From the NCBI GenBank assembly GCA_026417155.1, contig JAOADU010000060.1, positions 11,604 to 75,603 on the forward strand: a stretch of 64,000 bases of DNA, read 5' to 3'. Every line of letters starts with the position of its first letter. Positions within the stretch are counted from its first letter, which is position 1. The position numbers and the translations under genes were made by a program. The notes beneath the pieces are model-generated. The model saw only the letters and a list, made by a program, of their open reading frames with translations, searched no databases and was not told the origin of the DNA. This document shows positions 27,086 to 36,404 of this stretch, one piece after another. The stretch is from Bacteroidales bacterium. GTDB taxonomy: Bacteria > Bacteroidota > Bacteroidia > Bacteroidales > GWA2-32-17.

Positions 27086-28033
27086 TTACAAAAATCTTAC
27101 ACTGCCGTATTTGCCACGGCCAGTAGATTTTGTAATGGTGAAACAATATTTTGCAAAGAACTCTACAGAGCCCTTTTCATAAGTTCTTAACTTAGAGACT
27201 GTAAAGTCGTAAGCCAATCCAAAAGTAATGTTAGATTGAGTAGTGAATCCAAGCATAAATACAAACGCATCGCCGAAACGATACGATAAACCACCTCTAA
27301 ATTGACGACGATACTCGATGAGCATATTTAAGTCGTATTGTGCTGTAGAACCATCGAGTTTAATGAATGCCGATGGCCATACACCCCAATTTTTATCGGG
27401 CATTTCTATAAAAGATCCTACGGTTAAATAATAATGACGACGCACATAGGGAAGTTTGCCTGAGTCGAATTTTATTTGAGGTTGAGTTAAATGCGTTGTG
27501 CTTAAGCCACCATAAATTTTATCATCTTTAGAACGGTAAAAGATTCCTAGGTTGGCGTCAAAAACGATATTCGATTCGGAGTGTGGAATTGCAGGATCGG
27601 CATAAGGATTTTGTTGTATGCCTTGCAATTTGTCGGGGGTAATCCATGCACCATCGAGCGATTTGTTTAATAATCCTAATCCAAGTCCGATTCCTAAATC
27701 GCCTTCAGCTACTTGCAAATGATAGGCATAGTTTAAATTTACGTAAGTATTTTTTTCAAATCCAACATTGTCGCTAATTGCATTTAATCCGGCACCGCTG
27801 TTGAATTCGGGCAAATACATGTCGGCAGAAAAAATCATCGTTTTTGGAGCGCCTTCGAATCCCATCCATTGATTGCGATACAATACAGAAGCACAAATAG
27901 CACCATTGCTTCCAGCAAACCCAGGATTAATGGGTAGAATATTATATTTATTCATGCTTACCTGAGGGTCCTGCTGAGAATAAACATTTGATAGTGCTAC
28001 AATTACAAATACCAACAAAAATAAATACTTCAT
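27086..28033 (-). CDS. porP: PorP/SprF family T9SS outer-membrane protein
   Basis: Start taken at MKYLFLLVFVIVALSNVYSQ (28033). The N-terminal signature is NILPINPGFAG. It is a beta-barrel ending in ...YGSVRFL and sits directly upstream of gldK, as in the P. gingivalis porPKLMN operon. Confidence 0.85.
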   Translation of the reverse strand: MKYLFLLVFVIVALSNVYSQQDPQVSMNKYNILPINPGFAGSNGAICASVLYRNQWMGFEGAPKTMIFSADMYLPEFNSGAGLNAISDNVGFEKNTYVNLNYAYHLQVAEGDLGIGLGLGLLNKSLDGAWITPDKLQGIQQNPYADPAIPHSESNIVFDANLGIFYRSKDDKIYGGLSTTHLTQPQIKFDSGKLPYVRRHYYLTVGSFIEMPDKNWGVWPSAFIKLDGSTAQYDLNMLIEYRRQFRGGLSYRFGDAFVFMLGFTTQSNITFGLAYDFTVSKLRTYEKGSVEFFAKYCFTITKSTGRGKYGSVRFL

Positions 28034-28315
28034 AATATCCTGATTGCAGTTTATTTTATGATACGATCTTCTCATTTTACAAGTGGCTAAGTAAGTAAAA
28101 ATTTTTTATATGATAAAATTTTTTCAACATTTTTTTGTTGATATCCTATAATAATTTCCGTTTTTAACGCTAAAAGTACAAAAAAAGTTTCAATTAGATA
28201 CCTTTCTAAAAAATTTTTTTTGAAACTTTCATTATAGAATTTCATGTTAATAACTTTTTTGAGGATTAACAATTTTTAAGTTAAACGGTAATACATATTA
28301 AAAAATTGTGTAAAG

Positions 28316-29413
28316 TTAAAATACTTTTTTTAAATATTTATACCATTTATCGGGGATATGACCGTTTGTAGCATCAATGTAGTCTTGTTCGTCGCAAGCA
28401 ACAAGCCACTTTTTCTTAAAATTCGTTTTAGGGATAGGAATTTCGAACCACCATCGCTCAGAGAAAGGGCTTTTGTAAAAATTAATAAAAGTTTGTTTGC
28501 TAATTTCTACGTGATACTGAATTAATTTTTTGGGTGATAGAATAGGATAGTCATTTATGCGTGAGCTATAGCCCTCGATAAAGTGCCAGAGTATCTGAGC
28601 AAATGTCATATTTGAAATGTTTGTGTGAGGGGAAATATAAAGACAAAAACAAGAAATTTTATCGCTGATTCCAGCATATTTACTAATTTGGCAAATTTCG
28701 TTGTGTGATAATCCGCTTGGACTGATTATATTATATTCTTGAATGTATTCATTAGATAATACCGTTGAATTTAATATACATACATCGCTATCTCTAATGA
28801 ATGGTTCAGTTTTTTTTATGTTTGCATGAATTTCGCCAAGGCGAACAATGTCGTAAAATTTGTTTAAAAAAAACTGAATATGTTCTTTTTCTGTATAAAA
28901 ATTTTGTAAAGCTAATTGCACATAATTAAATAAGGTATGATTTTTTCGTGATAAAATTTGAGGTAGAAAATGCTGTTGTTTTTTTGAGGGGAAAAAAGTA
29001 TAATCGGCATTACATATTGTAATTGCTTTATTTATTTGTTCGTATGCTAAATATATTGAATAAGGTATATATGAATTATCGGTAATTATAATAGGTATAA
29101 TGTTGTTTTGGAAAAGAAATTCGCAGATATCACGCGTTGCAAATAATATATCGGAAAACGTACTACCTTTTTTTATTTCGCCGAGGTCAATTATTTTGAA
29201 TGATTTATTGAAATGTGCATGTAATTGATAAAGTATATTTTTTATAGATAATATTTTATTTTCGGTTTGTGTGTTAATGGTAATGATGGCAAGGTTATAT
29301 TTTTTAGGATTGAAAGTTAAATTGGGATGCAAAAAGTCAATATATCCACTTACGAATTTTTTACTTTTAATTTGTTCATACGAAAAGTAATTAAAGTAAT
29401 CAAAAATGTTCAT
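28316..29413 (-). CDS. arginase/formiminoglutamase-fold protein with degenerate metal-binding motifs (probable pseudoenzyme)
   Basis: 365 aa and colinear with the ureohydrolase family: DLGEI; IIPIIITDNSYIPYS versus GGDHS; ITICNADYTF versus DAHxD; VCILNSTVLS...SPSGLSHNEI versus SxDxDxxDP...PGGL. Its start overlaps the topA stop by 4 nt (29410-29413). Confidence 0.6.
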   Translation of the reverse strand: MNIFDYFNYFSYEQIKSKKFVSGYIDFLHPNLTFNPKKYNLAIITINTQTENKILSIKNILYQLHAHFNKSFKIIDLGEIKKGSTFSDILFATRDICEFLFQNNIIPIIITDNSYIPYSIYLAYEQINKAITICNADYTFFPSKKQQHFLPQILSRKNHTLFNYVQLALQNFYTEKEHIQFFLNKFYDIVRLGEIHANIKKTEPFIRDSDVCILNSTVLSNEYIQEYNIISPSGLSHNEICQISKYAGISDKISCFCLYISPHTNISNMTFAQILWHFIEGYSSRINDYPILSPKKLIQYHVEISKQTFINFYKSPFSERWWFEIPIPKTNFKKKWLVACDEQDYIDATNGHIPDKWYKYLKKVF

Positions 29414-31716
29414 TTTACTTTCTTTTGAGATGACTCTTGAATAATATTCATAAATTCTTCGTATGGTGCTTTTTCCCAGTCAAAATTTTTTGGCATTTTG
29501 TAGTTATGGTCTTTGTATTTAATATATATGCCATATCTTCCTTTGAGTACGAAAAGTTCTTTGTCTTGTTCAAATTCTCTTAATGGTCCTTGAGGTTGGT
29601 TTTCTTTTTCTTCAATAATTTCAACGGCTCTTTCTAATGTTATGGTGTAAGGGTCGTCAATATTTTTCTTTAAAGAATAAAATTTTTTATTCCACAACAC
29701 ATAAGGTCCAAATTTTCCCAAATTAACAATGACATCCAATTGTTTGTATGTGCCTAAGTTTCTTGGCATTTTAAATAGTTCTAAGGCTTCTTCTAATGTA
29801 ATTGTTTCGATGAGTTGATCTTTTTTTAAGCTTGCAAATTTTGGCTTCTCTGCTGAACTGCTTTCGCCTAATTGGACGATAGGACCATATTTTCCGTATT
29901 TTGCATAAACTTTTTGACCCGATACAGGATCGATGCCTAAAAATTTTTCTTGACCTATTTTGTCTTTATTGCTTTCCAATTGAATTATTTTAGGATGAAA
30001 TTTTGAATAAAAGTCTTGTAATAACTGTGTCCAAATCGATTTGCCTTCGGCAATTTCATCAAGCTTTTTTTCAATATTTGCAGTAAAATTATAATCTAAA
30101 ATTTCAGGAAAAACTTGCATTAAATAATCGTTTACAATAATACCTGTATCGGTAGGGATGAGTTTATTTTTTTCGTATCCATATTTTTCTGTTTCTTTTT
30201 TTTCTTGAACAGTTCCTTTTTCGAGAACAATTTTAATAATTTCCCTTGTTGCAGGAGGTTTAGTTGATTTTATAATATAACCTCGTTGCTGAATTGTTGA
30301 AATAATAGGTGCATATGTTGACGGTCTGCCAATTCCTAATTCTTCTAATTTTTTTACCAAACTTGCTTCTGTATATCGAACAGGGCTATGATTATATTTT
30401 TGAATAGCCATGATAGATGAATAATTGAGTGATTGCTTGCGTTGTAAGGCTGGAATAATAGATTCTTCTTCTTGTTCGTGTTCATCTTCGGTCGATTCAT
30501 GGTATAATTTCATAAAACCATCGAAAATAATAACTTTTCCTATTGCAATGAAGTCGAAAGGTATAGCATTAGCACTTATAGTGATAGTAGTTTTTTCTAT
30601 TTGGGCTTCTTTCATTTGAGAGGCAATGGCTCTTTGCCAAATTAGCTCGTATAATTTTTTTTCTTGTGCAGTACCTTCAATGGTGTGATTACTAAAATAT
30701 GTAGGTCTTATTGCTTCATGAGCTTCTTGTGCCCCTTTGGTTTTGGTTTCATACTGTCGGCTTTTATGATATTCTTTTCCAAAAAGCTGCTCGATTTCTT
30801 TTTTTGCAGAATTAATGGCTAAAGAAGACAAATGCACAGAATCGGTTCGCATATATGTAATATATCCCGATTCATAAAGTTTTTGTGCGATACTCATGGT
30901 CTGTGCTACAGAAAATCCAAGTTTTCGGGAAGCTTCTTGTTGTAATGTACTGGTTGTAAATGGAGGCGGTGGTGTTATAAACGATGGTTTTGTTTGTATG
31001 TCTGAGACAAAAAAAGAGGCATTAATGCATTGCTTTAGAAACGCTTCGGCTTCTTCCTTTGTTGGGAATGATTTGTTTAATTCGGCTTTTATTTCATGTT
31101 TATTTTTACTGTTATTATTTATTGAAAACCATCCATAAACTTTAAATGAGAATTCGGGGACAAAATTCAATATTTCTCGTTCACGTTCAACAATTATGCG
31201 AACAGCTACTGATTGTACACGTCCTGCTGATAAATTTTTTCGTATTTTTTTCCATAGCAACGGAGAAAGTTCATATCCTACAATTCTGTCAAGGATTCTT
31301 CGGGCTTGTTGAGCATTTACTAAGTTTAAGTCAAGGTCGCGTGGGTTTTGGATAGCATGTTGAATAGCTTCTTTTGTGATTTCATGGAATACTATTCGTT
31401 TTCGTTTTTCTTTAGGAATTTCTAATACTTCGGCCAAATGCCAAGATATGGCTTCTCCTTCGCGGTCCTCGTCAGATGCCAACCAAATAAGAGCAGATTC
31501 TTTGGCTAATTTTTTTAATTCGTTTAAAATTTTTTTCTTTTCGGCAGGAACTTCGTAAATAGGGCTAAAATTATTTTCAATATCAATGCTGAAATTTTTT
31601 TTGTTTAAATCGCGAATGTGTCCGTAGCTCGATTTTACAATGAAATTTTTTCCTAAAAATTTCTCGATGGTTTTGGCTTTTGCAGGAGATTCAACAATCA
31701 CTAAATTTTGTTCCAT
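29410..31716 (-). CDS. topA: DNA topoisomerase I
   Basis: 768 aa. It has a TOPRIM N-terminus (LVIVESPAKAKTIEKFLG...SYGHIRDL) and the active-site region YITYMRTDS. Confidence 0.95.
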   Translation of the reverse strand: MEQNLVIVESPAKAKTIEKFLGKNFIVKSSYGHIRDLNKKNFSIDIENNFSPIYEVPAEKKKILNELKKLAKESALIWLASDEDREGEAISWHLAEVLEIPKEKRKRIVFHEITKEAIQHAIQNPRDLDLNLVNAQQARRILDRIVGYELSPLLWKKIRKNLSAGRVQSVAVRIIVEREREILNFVPEFSFKVYGWFSINNNSKNKHEIKAELNKSFPTKEEAEAFLKQCINASFFVSDIQTKPSFITPPPPFTTSTLQQEASRKLGFSVAQTMSIAQKLYESGYITYMRTDSVHLSSLAINSAKKEIEQLFGKEYHKSRQYETKTKGAQEAHEAIRPTYFSNHTIEGTAQEKKLYELIWQRAIASQMKEAQIEKTTITISANAIPFDFIAIGKVIIFDGFMKLYHESTEDEHEQEEESIIPALQRKQSLNYSSIMAIQKYNHSPVRYTEASLVKKLEELGIGRPSTYAPIISTIQQRGYIIKSTKPPATREIIKIVLEKGTVQEKKETEKYGYEKNKLIPTDTGIIVNDYLMQVFPEILDYNFTANIEKKLDEIAEGKSIWTQLLQDFYSKFHPKIIQLESNKDKIGQEKFLGIDPVSGQKVYAKYGKYGPIVQLGESSSAEKPKFASLKKDQLIETITLEEALELFKMPRNLGTYKQLDVIVNLGKFGPYVLWNKKFYSLKKNIDDPYTITLERAVEIIEEKENQPQGPLREFEQDKELFVLKGRYGIYIKYKDHNYKMPKNFDWEKAPYEEFMNIIQESSQKKVK

Positions 31717-31774
31717 TTATTTTTTTAATTTTGGGCTGCAATTTAATGATTTTTATTTTAATATATTCAAGAAC

Positions 31775-34114
31775 ATGAATAGCAATGATAATCAGCAACA
31801 GAAAATAAAAAAGTGGGTTAAAATCTTATGGATTCTTTTTACCATTCCAATAATATTTGTAATTCTTTTCTTTTATCTGATTTCTAAAGGATATTTGGGT
31901 TACATGCCAAGTTTTGATGAAATGGAGAATCCTAAAAATCAATTGGCAACCGAAATAATTTCGAGCGATGGTGTAGTACTCGGAACATATTTTAAAGAAA
32001 ATAGAACTCCTGTAAAATATGAAGAAATTTCGCCCAATGTTATTAATGCATTAATCGCAACGGAAGATATTCGTTTTTATAATCATTCGGGAGTTGATTT
32101 AAGGGCTTTGATTCGAGTAATTGTTGGAACAGGAAAAAGAGGAGGAGGAAGTACTATAACTCAGCAACTTGCTAAAATGTTGTTTCCACGCGAAGATTTT
32201 TCTAATCCTGTTTCAAAAGTTATTAGAAAACTTCGTGAGTGGGTAATGGCAATTAAATTAGAACGCCGTTATACTAAAGAAGAAATTCTCACTATGTATT
32301 TAAATAAATTTGACTTTTTATATTTGGCTGTTGGAATTAAATCTGCTGCAAAGGTTTATTTTAGTACAACTCCCGATTCATTAAGAATTGAACAAGCTGC
32401 AATGTTGATAGGAATGTGCAAAAATCCTTCGTTATACAATCCATTACGACGCCCTGAACAAACACTCGAAAGAAGAAATGTTGTATTAGGGCAAATGTTT
32501 AAATATGGCTTTATTACCGAACAACAATATGACTCATTAAAAAAATTGCCCCTAAATATTAAATTTCAGCGTGTAGATCACAAGGAAGGAATTGCTACTT
32601 ATTTTCGCGAATATCTTCGCATGATTATAACTGCCAATAAACCAAATAAAAAAGATTACATAGATTTACAGCGATACTATGAAGACTCGCTCGATTGGGA
32701 AACTAATCCACTTTATGGCTGGTGTAATAAAAATCTAAAACCCGACGGAACCCCTTACGATATATATAAAGACGGATTAAAAATATATTGCACAATTGAT
32801 TCTAGAATGCAACGATATGCAGAAGAAGCCGTTTATCAGCATATGGCTCTATTTTTACAACCTGCATTTTTCAAAGAACAAAAAGGAAGAAAAAAAGCTC
32901 CTTTTGCCTGGAACGTTTCGGATGAAGAAATTCAGCAAATCATGAAAATATCTATAAAACGAACTGAACGATATAGGGTTTTGAAGAATAATGGATTATC
33001 TGAAGATGAAATCATGAAAATTTTTCATCAACCAGTACCTATGACAGTTTTTACATGGAAAGGCGAAAAAGACACAATAATGTCGCCATACGATTCAATA
33101 CGATATTATAAATTCTTTTTGCGTACGAGTTTATTCTCAATGGAACCTCAAACAGGTTATGTAAGGGCTTATGTGGGAGGTATAAATTATAAGTATTTTG
33201 CTTTCGATCAAGCAACTATTGGCAAGCGTCAGGTTGGTTCAACATTTAAGCCTTTTTTATATACTTTAGCCATGCAAGAAGGATATTCGCCTTGTTACGA
33301 AGTACCAAATATTCCTGTTTCATTCGAACTTCCTGATGGCAACGTGTGGACACCTAAAAACAGCGGACCAACAAAACGCGATGGCCAAATGGTAACATTA
33401 CGCTGGGCATTAGCTAATTCAGTAAATTATATTTCGGCATGGCTAATGAAACGATACAACCCTCATGCTGTAATAGAAATTGCAAGAAAAATGGGTATTC
33501 GTAGTAAAATAGACCCTGTTCCAGCTATATGTTTGGGTGTGCCAGAAATATCATTAGCCGAAATGACAGCAGCTTTTTCTGTATATGCCAATAAAGGCAT
33601 ATATGTGCAACCTATCTATGTAACTCGAATTACCGATGCTAACGGAAATGTATTAGCAACTTTTAAGCCTCAGCGAAATGAAGCTATTAGTGAACAAACA
33701 GCTTATAAGATGATAGAAATGTTGCGAGCTGTAGTTCAACAAGGAACAAGCTGGCGACTTAAAGGACGGTATAACATAAATGCCGATGTTGCTGCTAAAA
33801 CTGGAACAACACAAAATCAATCCGATGGATGGTATATAGGCATTACACCCAAATTAGCTACGGGTGTTTGGACGGGGGGAGAGGAAAGAAGTATCCATTT
33901 TAATAGTTTGGAATTGGGTCAAGGTGCAAGTATGTCGTTGCCAACCTGGGCATATTATATGGCAAAAATATATGCCCATCCCGAATTGGGTTATTCGGAT
34001 AAGGATATTTTCGAAAAACCTGCTAATTTTGACGAAGATATGGGTTGTAAACAAATGAAACCATACGAAGAAATTGGCAGTGATTATGAAATAATAGAAT
34101 CAATACCAGAATAA
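31775..34114 (+). CDS. bifunctional class A penicillin-binding protein (PBP1A type)
   Basis: Start taken at MNSNDNQQQKIKKW (31775), followed by a TM helix. The ORF-track start at 31640 would overlap topA. Glycosyltransferase motifs are EDIRFYNHSGVD and GGSTITQQLAK. Transpeptidase motifs are STFKP, SVN and KTGTT. Confidence 0.92.
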   Translation: MNSNDNQQQKIKKWVKILWILFTIPIIFVILFFYLISKGYLGYMPSFDEMENPKNQLATEIISSDGVVLGTYFKENRTPVKYEEISPNVINALIATEDIRFYNHSGVDLRALIRVIVGTGKRGGGSTITQQLAKMLFPREDFSNPVSKVIRKLREWVMAIKLERRYTKEEILTMYLNKFDFLYLAVGIKSAAKVYFSTTPDSLRIEQAAMLIGMCKNPSLYNPLRRPEQTLERRNVVLGQMFKYGFITEQQYDSLKKLPLNIKFQRVDHKEGIATYFREYLRMIITANKPNKKDYIDLQRYYEDSLDWETNPLYGWCNKNLKPDGTPYDIYKDGLKIYCTIDSRMQRYAEEAVYQHMALFLQPAFFKEQKGRKKAPFAWNVSDEEIQQIMKISIKRTERYRVLKNNGLSEDEIMKIFHQPVPMTVFTWKGEKDTIMSPYDSIRYYKFFLRTSLFSMEPQTGYVRAYVGGINYKYFAFDQATIGKRQVGSTFKPFLYTLAMQEGYSPCYEVPNIPVSFELPDGNVWTPKNSGPTKRDGQMVTLRWALANSVNYISAWLMKRYNPHAVIEIARKMGIRSKIDPVPAICLGVPEISLAEMTAAFSVYANKGIYVQPIYVTRITDANGNVLATFKPQRNEAISEQTAYKMIEMLRAVVQQGTSWRLKGRYNINADVAAKTGTTQNQSDGWYIGITPKLATGVWTGGEERSIHFNSLELGQGASMSLPTWAYYMAKIYAHPELGYSDKDIFEKPANFDEDMGCKQMKPYEEIGSDYEIIESIPE

Positions 34115-34115
34115 T

Positions 34116-35205
34116 ATGATTACAATCGATCATGTAAAAGAATTGATTGAAAGGCGAGATGCCTTAAGGAGGTATCTTTGACATCAATCACAAAAGAGTT
34201 GTATTAGAAGAAGAAGAATTAAAAACCCGCGATCCTGATTTTTGGAACGATCCCAAAAAAGCAGAAGCTATTTTAAAAAATATTTCAATCCTTAAAAACT
34301 GGATAGAATCTTTCGACAAAATTAATACGTTGGTTGAAGATTTGTCTATCATATATGAATTTTATAAGCAACAAGAAATTAGCGAAAAAGAAATTGAAGA
34401 ACATTATCATCAAACATTAAAAGCAATAGAGACACTGGAGTTTAAAAATATGCTTCAGGAAGAAGAAGACAAATTACCAGCGTTGATGAAAATTAATAGC
34501 GGAGCAGGTGGAACAGAAAGTCTCGATTGGGTAAGTATGTTATTGCGAATGTATCAACGATGGGGAGAATCGCATAATTTTAAAGTTAGAATTATAGATT
34601 TACAACCAGGCGAAGAAGCAGGAGTTAAATCGGTAATGCTCGAATTTCAGGGTGAATATGCTTATGGTTATCTGAAAAGCGAAACAGGAGTGCATCGTTT
34701 GGTTAGAATTTCGCCATTTAATGCACAAGGCAAAAGGCAAACTACATTTGCATCTGTTTTTGTATCGCCAATGATTGACGAAAATATTGAAATAAACATT
34801 AATCCTGCTGAATTGGAGTGGGACACTTTCCGTTCAAGTGGTCCTGGTGGACAAAACGTTAATAAAGTTGAAACAGGTGTCAGATTGCGTCATATACCAA
34901 CAGGTATAGTGATAGAAAATCAGGAGAGCCGTTCGCAATTGACCAATAAGGAAAATGCGTTACGTTTATTAAAATCACAATTGTATGAGTTAGAATTACA
35001 AAAACGTAGAGAGAAGCAAGCCGAATTAGAAGGTCAAAAGTTAAAAATAGAATGGGGTTCGCAAATTCGTTCCTATGTTCTTCATCCTTATAAACTTGTA
35101 AAAGATTTACGGACAAATTATGAAACATCGGATGCTCAAGGTGTACTTGATGGAGACATCGATGCATTTATAAAAGCTTATTTAATGCAATTTTCAAAAA
35201 AATGA
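34116..35205 (+). CDS. prfB: peptide chain release factor 2, with programmed +1 frameshift (join 34116..34178, 34180..35205)
   Basis: Frame-0 reads MITIDHVKELIERRDALRRYL then TGA (34179-34181). The +1 frame continues DINHKRVVLEEEELKTRDPDFWNDPKKAEAIL... in frame with ORF 34330..35205. The SPF motif (RISPFNAQ) and GGQ motif (SGPGGQNVNK) are present. Confidence 0.95.
34167..34182 (+). promoter_or_regulatory. RF2 autoregulatory frameshift site AGGAGG-TAT-CTT-TGA-C
   Basis: Internal SD-like AGGAGG (34167-34172) lies 3 nt upstream of the slippery CTT TGA C. This matches the canonical bacterial prfB recoding signal. Confidence 0.9.
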
Positions 35206-35801
35206 AAAACATTTTTTTAATAACATGTATTTGTTTTATAAGTCAGGCTTTAGGACAGAATTTTAAAGTGGGTGGTAGTCTTGGTTTTGTTGCTTCGCAG
35301 GTAGATGGCGATCGCCTCGATGGATACGATAAGCCTGGTTTTAAAGCGGGGATTTTTGTTACAAATACCATAATAAAAAATTGGTCTTTTTCCATGGGAA
35401 TTGATTATATTCAAAAAGGCAGTAGAAAATTATCAAATCCAGATATTCCTGACGATAGATTTTATATACTTCGATTGAATTATATGGAAGTACCTTTTTT
35501 ATTTCAGTATTTGTATAAGTCGAAGTACATTGCTGAGGTAGGATTGGTTTTTGGTTATTTGTATAGAGCACGAGAAGATGTTGATGGCTATGGTTTTGCA
35601 GACCCCGATCCTCCATTTAAATCATACGATATTCCAGTTCGATGGGGAATTGGTTATCAAGTAAGCAAGCATTTTTCTTTTAAACTTCATCAATCTTATT
35701 CAATTCTTCCCATTCGGAATCATCCTGCTAATCAAACGTGGTATTTTAATAGAGGACAGTATAACAATTATATTATTTTATCTATTTATTACACTTTATG
35801 A
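35202..35801 (+). CDS. small outer-membrane beta-barrel protein (PorT-like OMP_b-brl_2 type)
   Basis: 199 aa with a signal peptide. Alternating beta-strand pattern ending in ...LSIYYTL. It shares ATGA start/stop overlaps with both prfB (35202-35205) and ubiX (35798-35801). Confidence 0.6.
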   Translation: MKNIFLITCICFISQALGQNFKVGGSLGFVASQVDGDRLDGYDKPGFKAGIFVTNTIIKNWSFSMGIDYIQKGSRKLSNPDIPDDRFYILRLNYMEVPFLFQYLYKSKYIAEVGLVFGYLYRAREDVDGYGFADPDPPFKSYDIPVRWGIGYQVSKHFSFKLHQSYSILPIRNHPANQTWYFNRGQYNNYIILSIYYTL

Positions 35802-36355
35802 AGAAAAAAATCATTATAGGTATTACAGGCGCTAGTGGAGCTATATATGCTCAACAATTAATAGAAGATGTATTAAGATTTTCAGATTTTATAGTTACGT
35901 TAATATATTCCGAAAATGGGAAGAAAGTTTGGAATTATGAACTAGAAGCCCCATTAATTGTTACTAACGATCGAATTACTGTTTATTCGAACGACGATAT
36001 GTTTGCACCGCCTGCAAGCGGCAGTTCCAATTATGATGCAATGATTATAATTCCTTGTTCTATGGGTACTTTGTCGCAAATTAGTAATGGCAGCAGCTTT
36101 AATTTAATTGGAAGAAGTGCTGATGTAATGCTTAAAGAGAAACGAAAACTAATATTAGTTCCAAGAGAAGCTCCGTATAATTTAATTCATGTTCAAAATA
36201 TGGAAAAAATATTATTAATGGGTGGAATTATTCTTCCGGCTTCACCATCTTTTTACAATAAGCCTAATAATATTACAGATGTTGTAAAGTCTGTTACCGA
36301 TAGAATATTAAAAATGTTAGATGTAAATATTCAAATAAAAGAATGGGGTAGTTAA
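35798..36355 (+). CDS. ubiX: UbiX family flavin prenyltransferase
   Basis: 185 aa. KKIIIGITGASGAIYAQQLIE, IIPCSMGTLSQI and LILVPREAP blocks. Confidence 0.9.
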   Translation: MKKKIIIGITGASGAIYAQQLIEDVLRFSDFIVTLIYSENGKKVWNYELEAPLIVTNDRITVYSNDDMFAPPASGSSNYDAMIIIPCSMGTLSQISNGSSFNLIGRSADVMLKEKRKLILVPREAPYNLIHVQNMEKILLMGGIILPASPSFYNKPNNITDVVKSVTDRILKMLDVNIQIKEWGS

Positions 36356-36404
36356 TGCAACAAAAACGGTATATTTAAAGTCTAATTAAAGAAAATATTA
36401 AATT

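Noticed and set aside
28087-28272. 61-aa ORF in the spacer upstream of porP
   Set aside because: It is lysine- and isoleucine-rich, low-complexity translation of AT-rich promoter DNA. It has no motif, and the region is better explained as the T9SS operon promoter.
31640-31774. N-terminal extension of the PBP1A ORF overlapping topA by 77 nt
   Set aside because: The extension has no PBP-like sequence. The Met at 31775 is followed by a basic stretch and a TM helix, as expected for class A PBPs, and this start avoids the divergent overlap.
34179-34181. In-frame TGA near the 5' end of the RF2 gene, which could be read as a pseudogene or as a gene starting at TTG 34330
   Set aside because: The context AGGAGG-TAT-CTT-TGA-C is the canonical prfB +1 frameshift signal, and the +1 frame is continuous RF2 sequence. 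It is a functional recoded gene, not a pseudogene.
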